NCBI GenBank assembly: GCA_964016885.1
Contig: OZ024752.1
Coordinates: forward strand, 15,252,001-15,316,000
DNA: 64,000 nt
Reading direction: 5' to 3'
DNA from: Eledone cirrhosa
Lineage: Eukaryota
The position numbers were made by a program, and so were the translations under genes. Below are positions 51,848-64,000 of this stretch, one piece after another. The notes below the pieces were generated by a model. The model was given only the letters and a program-made list of their open reading frames with translations. It did no database searches and was not told the origin of the DNA. Each line of letters opens with the position of its first letter. Positions within the stretch are counted from its first letter, which is position 1.

Positions 51848-52965
51848 GCTCAAGTATTAATGTAAGGGAGATATAGAGAGATATAGAGAGATATAGAGAG
51901 AGAAAAATTTAAAAATAGCCAGACATATTCGAGGCGTAGAAAACCCTATGTTTTAATGTATTAGTATTTATAAAACTTACACTATATTGTAAATATCAGT
52001 ATTCCTGAATGAAACAAGTATTCACAATGCGTGAAAATTCATTATCTTATGTTTAGTTTTTTAAAAATTCATATGTCTATGTGAATCCAACTGATTCACT
52101 CCGCAAATTCAAAGTTACCGAAAACATTCTCAATGTGGTATAAACATTTGAGCGTATTATTATTCTTGCGATTACTCTACAAGATTATCTATCAAGCAGA
52201 AATAGAGAGCAGATTTCAATATACTAATCGAAAATATATATTATATTATAAGCAGAGATAACAATAATAATGATAATAAGTAAAAATATATAAAAATATA
52301 AAAATATAGAATAGAAAACTAAAAAAGAATATTACGAAAGAATATTACATAATAAAAATATTGCATATTAAAAATAAAAATACTATGTTTTAAAATTATT
52401 ACGTATTAAAACTTTACATATAAAAATATTAAAAATAAAAATAAAATAAAATAAAAAATAAAAAATAAAAATATAAAAATATTATAGAATACTACAATAC
52501 TAAAAGAATAAAAATAAAAATAAAAATAAAAATAAAAATAAAAATAAAAATAAAAATAAAAATAAAAAAAATAAAATAAAAAATAAACCACAAAGAACAA
52601 CCCTTCAAGGTTAATTGACAATATATTGCCAAGTTCACTACAAGACAAAGCCAAAAATTATCTATCAAATCACATCTAGCAAGGAATATCGCAAAAAAAA
52701 AAGGTTATGATGTCCAATAATGTCTACATATGTTCCTATATTTAATATATAAGTTTATCAAGTGTAAGGTTAATTCATAAAATTTGGAGCATCGGCTTTT
52801 AGGGTAGCTTAATTTTCCATGAGGAATGTTTAGATAAAAATAAAAATAAAAAATAAAAATAAAAATAAATACAATAAAATAAACAGTAAAAAGAGGAATC
52901 AAAGATTTAGGAATCAAAAGATTTATCGGCTAGTTCTCATATAAATATAAATCAAACTAAATATA

Positions 52966-53544
52966 CTACATTTTAAATTTAAATTTATATTTAAACGTTG
53001 AGTTTAATCTATGTTTGCAACAACTGAATAAATTTGTCCGTAGGTTAAGGGAATTTTTAGATTTTAGTATAAAGAATATCTCCTCTGCGCAGAGGTCACA
53101 TGTCTCAGAGGATGAATTAAAAGGAATCCCTCTTGAGACTATATTCCAAGCCGTCGAATATCTAACGTTATCTAGCTTAAGTTGCCAGAGTACACCTGAT
53201 AGTGCCGTTGAAGATTTTTTATTTGGATCTGTGAAAGAATTCTTGTGGTTATTATAGCGAAGTTTAAATTCCGTCGATGTGGAACCGACGTAGTTAAAAG
53301 AATTAGAGTCAGTATTAACATTACAATTGTATACTATATTTTTAACTAAGCAGTTGTTATTTAACGGACATTTAGATCTATCTCTACAGTTGCATTTGTT
53401 AACTTGTATATTATTTATGCTATTATCAGTAGTTTTTAAGTTCCTATTATTTATTCTATTAATATTTTGTGCTAAATTTTTGGTGGATGAATAGGTTAAT
53501 TTAATTGTATGCCTATTGAAGATTGAGTGGTACCTATGTGTTCT
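52966..53544 (-). CDS. Uninterrupted C-terminal GIY-YIG domain of a Penelope-like element (5' part lost in assembly gap)
   Basis: Hand translation, 192 aa: RTHRYHSIFNRHTIKLTYSSTKN...CNCRDRSKCPLNNNCLVKNIVY...YVGSTSTEFKLRYNNHKNSF...STALSGVLW...CDLCAEE...LNLRTNLFSCCKHR...M*; absent from ORF track; element runs to (TA)n at about 51255. Confidence 0.9.
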   Translation of the reverse strand, partial: RTHRYHSIFNRHTIKLTYSSTKNLAQNINRINNRNLKTTDNSINNIQVNKCNCRDRSKCPLNNNCLVKNIVYNCNVNTDSNSFNYVGSTSTEFKLRYNNHKNSFTDPNKKSSTALSGVLWQLKLDNVRYSTAWNIVSRGIPFNSSSETCDLCAEEIFFILKSKNSLNLRTNLFSCCKHRLNSTFKYKFKFKM

Positions 53545-53546
53545 AG

Positions 53547-53746
53547 NNNNNNNNNNNNNNNNNNNNNNNNNNNNNNNNNNNNNNNNNNNNNNNNNNNNNN
53601 NNNNNNNNNNNNNNNNNNNNNNNNNNNNNNNNNNNNNNNNNNNNNNNNNNNNNNNNNNNNNNNNNNNNNNNNNNNNNNNNNNNNNNNNNNNNNNNNNNNN
53701 NNNNNNNNNNNNNNNNNNNNNNNNNNNNNNNNNNNNNNNNNNNNNN
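53547..53746. other. Assembly gap (200 N)
   Basis: Run of n. Confidence 1.
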
Positions 53747-56290
<2,544 letters not shown>

Positions 56291-56453
56291 CGTATGTATA
56301 CGTACATACATATATGTATACAGACGTACAGTAGTATGTATATATATATATACATACATGCACACATATATATATATATGTACGTATGGATTCACCGAAC
56401 ATTTATTATAATGCTCGGTGTATTTCTAAACTAACATCCCGAATTATGCCGTA

Positions 56454-59200
56454 CAGTGTCTAGCAACCATCGTTGCTCATTTGTTAAACCCTGACAAAGG
56501 AACGCTGTACTAGTGTCAAGCTTATCAGCTATCGTTGCAACGTATACCTTCCTGCCAGATGATTGAACGTCTGAAAATATATACATTCCTTATGCGTATT
56601 AACGGCTGAGCAGTCTAATTTGCATATCGTACTGCGTTCCTTTGTCAGCGTTGAACAAATGAGGAACGATATTTGCTAGACACTAAGTGAATAAATGCTT
56701 GGAACATAGCGTTGATTCTTGTGAATTCTATATAACTGCTCTGTAGAACAACTAATGTTATTACATTGTGCTATTTATCTTACTGGTAACAAAGTAGTAA
56801 TAAATTACTGACCTTCCGCGTTTAGGGTTTAAAATATACATAACTATAAAAAGTTTAAAATATACATAACTATAAATAGTATCCTTAATATTATTAACTG
56901 CTCCATACTGTTGAGCTAACATACATTAAATTATCAGTATGCTGATCAAAGACCAACTTCCTATGTCAACTAAGAACATACCAATACCATCCAAACATAC
57001 ATACGAGAAATTATTGATGAATAGTGTCAACTCCTTTATCAATTGAGTGAGATGGAGGACATTCCAATATGACAAAACAGGTCCAACAAATTGATGATAC
57101 TAACAAATTCGACTCCTTCGGCTTTAAAACTTTTAGAAGCCCCCCGCACAACACACTACTAAACTCCTTTGAAAATGACCCAATAAAACTAGTTAAGAAC
57201 ATTAAATACAAAAAGCATAGTAATAGAAACAACACCTTCTTAAACAAACTTAACTCATCTATTAATGGATTCAAAACAAGTAGTAAAAGTATTGTGCATG
57301 CGGACAAAACTAATAACATATACAGCCTAGATTATAATACATATAGAAAGTTTATATATAATGAACTACACAAGAGCTACAAGAAAACTACTATGAAAAT
57401 CCTAGAAGATATTAATTTGGAAGGCCGTAATATAGTGTCCAAACTAGGACTTCAGAGACATACACAACCGTACACCCCGAACCCCCCTAGATTATCTCTG
57501 ATGGACCATAAGGAGGATTTCATTAGTAACCCTTCGATTAGACTAATCTGCCCTTCCAAGTCTGACATTGGCATTATCAGTAAGACAATTTTAGATAAAA
57601 TCATCCCACAGATTAAACACAAAGTATACCTTAAACAGTGGGGAAATACGGGTGAAGTTATTGAATTGTTTAAGGATATCAAGGAAAACAAAAATAAAAA
57701 ATTTATTCAGTTTGATATCAATTCATACTACACCTCTCTTACCCCTATCCTATTAAATAAGGCACTAATTATGGCCATGAACAATAGTGACCTGACTAGA
57801 CCCCAGATTGATGTTATACTTGCGGCGCGTAAAACCGTAATCACTTTTGAAGATCAGTTATGGACCTGCAGGGATAAGCATAACAACTTTGACATAACCA
57901 TGGGATCTAGTGACTCAGCGCAGGTCACTGATTTGGTGGGCCTATACCTACTAAACGAAATCCATAAGGACCTACCATACCTCAACGGTGGTTTGTACCG
58001 CGATTATGCACTACTCCTTATAGACTATAACACATTTAATATAGAATGAACTAGGAAACTATTGAATAAGACTTTCAAAAACTATAACCTAAGTATCACA
58101 ATAGACAAAAACACTAAAAACGTTAACTTCCTTGATGCTACCCTTTACCTAGACTCTAAAATATATACACAATACCATAAACCTAACGAAAAACTAATTT
58201 ACGTAGATACCAATTCTAACTACATTAGATCAATACTAAACTCTATCTCTAAAGGAATATCGAATAGAATTTCTAATCTATCTTATGACGAAACCATATT
58301 TAGCAAAAACTCGCAATACTATAATCAGGCATTAGCTAGATCAGGCCATAATAATGAGATCGAGTCCCTACCTATAAAAACACATAGTTACAACATTATG
58401 TATCACAATATGTCCATGAGGAAAAATAATAATAAGAGTAATAACCACACACACACACTAATACGAAGGGTAGCAACAAGCGTAACTCACACCAGAGAAG
58501 ACACCAAAATACCATAAACGGAAACACCTCAACAGATATAAAAAACAAAAAAGAAGAACATACATTTTTCACCCCACCCCCCTTTCAATCTAAACGTCCC
58601 TACCAACATACCTAAGGCTTTCTTCTCACTCCTGGATAAAAACTTCCCATCTGGCCACAAGTACCATATTCTTATAAATGAAAACACAATTAAAATCTCC
58701 TACTCCACCACGCCTAACATAGCATACCACATAGCTAGTAGCAATAAAAGAAAGATTAATACTTACTTTCAACAAACTGAAACACAGCAGAGGGTAAACT
58801 TTCAAAACAACGTAATATCTGCAAACCCTAATATCAATAGTAATAATAGTAATAACACTAATGAAATCAATAACATTGAGAGCGACAACCCCCATAGCCA
58901 TAATGCAATACCTAGTAACCAGACTTCTACACAACATAATAACCGGCAGGTTAACATCCAAAATAATTGTAACTGTAGATCTAATAGAACCTGCCCTTTA
59001 GATAAAAACTGCTTAGTCAAGGACATCATCTACTGATGCACGGTCAGAACTAGCAACTCTTCTGAAACCTATATAGGCTCTACTTCGAACTGCTTCAAAA
59101 CCAGATACAATTCACATCTCCATTCTTTCAAAAAACACAGTCTAGCTACATACACTATCTGAAAACTAGAAATAGATCACATACACTTCAATGAGAAGTG
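56454..59200 (+). mobile_element. Near full-length decayed Penelope-like element (same lineage as 15.5-kb and 53-kb copies)
   Basis: N-term STKNIPIPSKHTYEK...RWR (from about 56963); ADKTNNIY, RLICPSKSDIG, FIQFDINSYY, FDITMGSSDSAQVTDLVG, GLYRD, VNFLD, PPFN, CNCRSNRTCPLDKNCLVKDIIY, YIGSTSNCFKTRYNSH; several stops and frameshifts; 3' truncated; 5' fold-back at 56454-56685. Confidence 0.9.
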
Positions 59201-59421
59201 ATAGGCAAGGCGGCATCGATCAGGAAAAGAAAAAGGGAATTACGAAGTAAAACATTTGTGAAAACTCTATGACATGAAACTTGGTGACGGGCGCTCTACC
59301 GATATTTCTAATCCACCATCCTCACCTTGTTGACCGACGCTCTTCCGATATTTCCAAATAGCTGTCCGTGGTAATAATGACAACATTTATATCTTTACTC
59401 ATTATTCATACATCGGCTGGA

Positions 59422-59482
<61 letters not shown>

Positions 59483-59775
59483 ATTCAGTGTAAATTGGAA
59501 ATTCATGTCGGAATATAGGCATAAATGTTTATCTTATCATGTAGCAATCTGAACGGAGGTACACACATTCCTGAAACTATAAATGCATGTTCAAACGATA
59601 GCATTTATCTATATTCATTGATTTTACAAATATGTACATTTACAGGTGCAAAGACCTGTAGGCATAAACAGGTCTAGTATGTTGACATAGCGAATCGGGT
59701 ACATTGATTTAAGAGCACTGAAAACCCATGCTTATTCATATACATGCAAATACATGCACACCCATACATACACAC

Positions 59776-59822
<47 letters not shown>

Positions 59823-60032
59823 TACATACATACACACACGCATACATAATATCCACACACACACACGCACGCACACACATAAACATATCTTCATATTCAT
59901 ATATTTATACACGCAGTCACAATTGCATATACATATACATACATATAAAAACATATATATACACACACACACACACCACACACACACACACATACATACA
60001 TACATACATACATACATACATACATACATACA

Positions 60033-60060
<28 letters not shown>

Positions 60061-60066
<6 letters not shown>

Positions 60067-60893
60067 AAACTGAGTCTGTCTGTCTGTCTACCTACTAAAA
60101 CAGTCAGCACACATCTCCTAAACCGTACGTTCAGATTTCGTTGAAATTGCTACACTTATAAATGAAGGTCCGACGGAGACATCGATCGAAAAAATGTTCA
60201 AATCGACCCACGCCAAGTCCAAAAATCGAATTTGTAATGTATTGATTTTTCAGTTCAAATCTATAAATAGAGATGAGAGACGAGTTATTTCCTTTTATGG
60301 CGTCATTCTGTCTATCTATTTACGTTACGAATATACAATGCGTGCAAAGGTACAAAAATCCACGAACAGTTTTCGGACCAGCAAAATATTAACCTGCAAA
60401 ATTCATGAGTTCGATGGTTCAACATTAAGCTTCCATTTTGCTTCATTTACATTAAAAAGTATTTTAAAACAATATTTTTACTTGAAAACAAGCCTATTTG
60501 AATACACCGTAAAACAAGCAAATATTTTGTACGCATTTTTTTTTTTTGCTTTTCATGTCCATCCAAATTCTTTGTTTCAAAATAACCGATAGTTTGGTTA
60601 GCCTGATGTTTTCCTCTGAGACAAGTGTTGCAGTGTTTACATTTTCGATTTTTGTTAATAGATTACCAGTGCAGTTTTTATCCCAAGCATCCTCTTTTGT
60701 TTTAACATTCGGGTATGGTTATGTGTTCTTAAATTCATAAGGCATGCTGTTGGTTGAGGGAATATTAATCAAAAGTACCACATGAAAGTCTACACTGTAG
60801 ACTCTACAGATTTTAAGCCAATAAAGGAACTTAACATTGTAACATTAACACAGCTACTGAGCAGCCCCGAGCAACGCCGGGCTCTACTGCTAG
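60061..60893 (+). mobile_element. Non-autonomous Helitron-type element
   Basis: 5' tatataaaactgag(tctg)n; 3' hairpin agccccgagcaacgccgggct followed by CTAG|T at 60890-60894; no TSD; 5' boundary approximate. Confidence 0.65.
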
Positions 60894-61071
60894 TATACTA
60901 TATAAGAGACAGAAAGAGATATGTGTGAATCTCGACCGCGGCGGCAAGCAGATTTGGTTCACAATTTGAAGAAGAGTCAGATAAAATTTAACTAATCGTT
61001 CTTCTTAGTCCGTAGATATTAACTAGATAAATAATCATTTAATGGGAGCTCTGGATAATGCAACAATTATA

Positions 61072-61111
61072 TATTCTGAAAAAGTGCAAGCGAAACTGTC
61101 GACAGTCAGTA
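61072..61111 (+). ncRNA. Degenerate hammerhead (G8>A) between inverted arms (60965-61020 / 61199-61255)
   Basis: tatt CTGAAAA a-gt-gcaa-gc GAAA ctgtcgacag TC agta; 12-nt palindrome ACTGTCGACAGT. Confidence 0.6.
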
Positions 61112-62269
61112 CTAAAGGAATATTGGTAAACATTTATCTATTATTTCTGCAAACTTATATTTTAAACTTAGCTCAGTTTAAATGATTATTTATGTAATTA
61201 ATTTCTACGGACTAAAAAGAAAGATTAGGTAAATTTTATCGGACTGTTTTTCAAACTTATAATTTTAATGTGGGTATGTATGTATGTATGTGTGTGTGTG
61301 TATATGTGTGTATGTATATATGTGTGTGTATATGTGTATGTATGTGTGTGTATGTATGTATATGTGTGCGTATATGTATGTGTGTAGGTGTGTGGGTGTG
61401 TTTATGTATACGCGTGTGTATGTGTTTATGTATACATGTGTGTGAATGTATGTATGTGTACATGTATATATACATACATAAACACACAGATATACATATA
61501 TACGTACGTGTTTATGTAAGCTCGTGTATTTGTATACGTCTATCTAGAGACACCTATATAGATTAAATATACAATAAATATGTTTATGTTCCGTGTTGAA
61601 TGTACATAGATACTAATATACAGGCATGTATATAATTAATGGTTTATATAAGCCTGTATTTATATTAGAAGTAAAGATGAGTTGATGAGCGTTCTCACCA
61701 AGTTATTAGGGCCATAGATCAGGGTAAATGGAGCCCAGGTATTTTAGCGGATTACTGTCGAGCAGTGGCGAGACATGCACCATAACCTGAATACATGAGG
61801 CAGTCTAATAAATGATGTGTAATCAACATGAAGTGTATGTCATTATCACTTATTTTCAAATCACAACTTCTCGAATTTCTAATAAAATTAGACGCAAACC
61901 CTCAATTAATTTGCACCCCGAACGGCATAACTAAAGCGATGTTTGAGCTCCGATGAAGAATTGTTTAAAAATTTATATTGGAGTTATTGGAGTAGCCAAC
62001 ACGTTAGAAGAAACGGAATGCTGAGAATTTTTCCTGCTCATAAATGATTACAGGAGCTCAGTGTTTCAATTGAGGAGGGCTTTTTTAAAGAAAAGTTTTA
62101 AAAGTAGGAAACGTTTGTCATTTGCGCTATAATGTAAGGCTTGGACTGTAACTTTCCTAGTAATATTATGAGGAGTCTTTTTGGATTTCATGAAAAGAAA
62201 ATATAACGTAATATGGCTCTATCGTTTTTTTTATTTTTATTTTTTTACCTTTCGGTGTCCCGAAAAGTG

Positions 62270-62480
62270 TAAGTATGTTATAAGTTTTTGTAGATAATCC
62301 TATGTATGTTGCTTGAATATTTTAGATGGTGGTGTGTATTACGTGTGTTATGGGGACACTATTGTTTGCTAAGCATTGTTGTATTTAGTTTGTATTTGGG
62401 TAAGTTTATGTGGTTTGTGTTGGCAAATATCTCTTGAAAGTATCTGGTAGTTGAATACGAAGATTTAGCATAGTGTTTTA
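62270..62480 (-). pseudogene. Highly decayed PLE GIY-YIG remnant
   Basis: Frames KSSYSTTRYFQEIFANTNH and ATYIGLSTKTY match the KFSYSTTKN...YIG.TS..F pattern of the other PLEs. Confidence 0.45.
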
Positions 62481-63093
62481 TGAACCGCAGAAAAAAGATT
62501 TTCAAGTCGATCGGAAAATTTTATTGCTATTGATGAGGAGATCTGCATATTGGAGACAGTTGAACCAGATTGTTTTTCTTTTGTTCCTGTAATTCTTATA
62601 GAATTTGTTATTTGCTTTAGACTTCTTTTGAATTTTGTTTTTATTTTTGGCAATTGTAAGTGGCTATTTAATGGAACATTGATTCACTGGAGAAACAGTT
62701 GGAAATTCCAAAGGACATGTCATGTATTAAATTTCTTACACTTTTTTGTAACTGAAAGGGTGATTAGCAAATGTGTGAATTTATTATATGGGCTACAAGT
62801 TTCTTTAGTTTTTAATGACATTATATACGGTCGTATTGTAGTTTAATTTGCCGTCAATAATGTGGGTTTTAGTCTAATAACTAGAGTAACATATAGGCAA
62901 AGATACATAGAGAGGGAGAGAGAGGTGACATTTGTCAGATATCTGAATGTTTATTTCACATTGAAGATGTAGTCCGTCGTCACTACCACACACTCAACTG
63001 CAACCACCCACACACACGCACACGCACACACACACACATGCACATGCACACGCACACGCACACAGACACACACACACACACGTAATATATATA

Positions 63094-63127
<34 letters not shown>

Positions 63128-63337
63128 TGAAGGTTTGGTAAAATCGAAGCTTCGGCTGTAGCCAAGCCAACGAGATACAATGAGGAATGTGCTACCAAGC
63201 ACTCGATGAGGAGTCTCAGAGTAATAATACTCGTTAGGCGACATGACATATTGAAAGCTGTGGCAGGCAGACCTATCCACGACACCGAAGCAACGAGAAA
63301 ACCAACAGGTTAATAAAAAGCATATATTTATATATAT

Positions 63338-63498
63338 AATTGTTTCTACTTTAGGCACAAGGCCAGCAATTACCAGTACATTACTGGTACTTTATTTTAT
63401 CGACCCCGTAAGGATGAAACGCTAAGTTAACCTCGGCGGGATTTGAACTCAGACTGTAAAGGGACGTAACTATGCTAGAAAGCATGGCGTCCAACCCT
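63338..63498 (-). mobile_element. Dominant SINE, 5'-truncated
   Basis: Same core, B box and tail as other copies. Confidence 0.8.
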
Positions 63499-64000
63499 AT
63501 ATAATGTACAAAGACAAACGCGCAATCAATCCTACACACACACATACATATTTACAAATTTTTGGATGAGTTCTTCTGACTTTTGTCTGGTTTTGTTTTT
63601 TGTCCTGTAGAGTGTCCAAAATAACCCTCTTCACCAACGACAGGTTGTAGTGGGTTACATGTTACCAGTAGCACTCAAGAATGACCATACATACACATAT
63701 ATATATATTTGATAGAAAAACTTTTAACAAATTGTTAAAGCCTTTGAAACCCTTTTAAAACTATTTAAAATCTGTCTTTTTTGTGGGGGCCCGCAGATGG
63801 GTAAAAGGAATATCCACTGGGAGAAAATCCACTGGAACCCGTGCTGTTGTTACAGCATTTTTCTAAAAGAGGATCACTTTAAAATAAAACCAGCGGCTGA
63901 TGTGATTACTAGTCATCTGGCTTAGGTTTGTCACCAGACAAAAATCAAGAGAGTGGTGCTCGTGTAGTAGAGGTGTTTGCCACTATAATCCATTGATGTA

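Overview
This is repeat-dominated, AT-rich animal DNA. The SINE and LINE content resembles octopod cephalopod repeats as I recall them, which is an inference. Roughly half the window is interrupted (TA)n microsatellite, and nearly all long ORFs in the track (YIYI...) are artefacts of it. No complete host gene is visible; there is one candidate 123-bp exon at 38012-38134 (-). The rest is transposable elements: four Penelope-like element (PLE) coding remnants with RT and/or GIY-YIG, two very decayed PLE remnants, a rearranged APE-type LINE, many tRNA-derived SINEs including a tandem array, a hAT MITE with an 8-bp TSD and a non-autonomous Helitron. The main signal, invisible in the ORF track, is about 18 type I hammerhead ribozyme (HHR) motifs, found by eye, from roughly 11-13 sequence families. 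Almost all lie 40-300 nt upstream of an element end that runs into (TA)n. They include U3-A8 core covariants, palindromic helix III, helix II extended to 60-115 nt, and fold-back duplications whose axis falls inside the ribozyme. All folds were paired by hand; no activity is shown.
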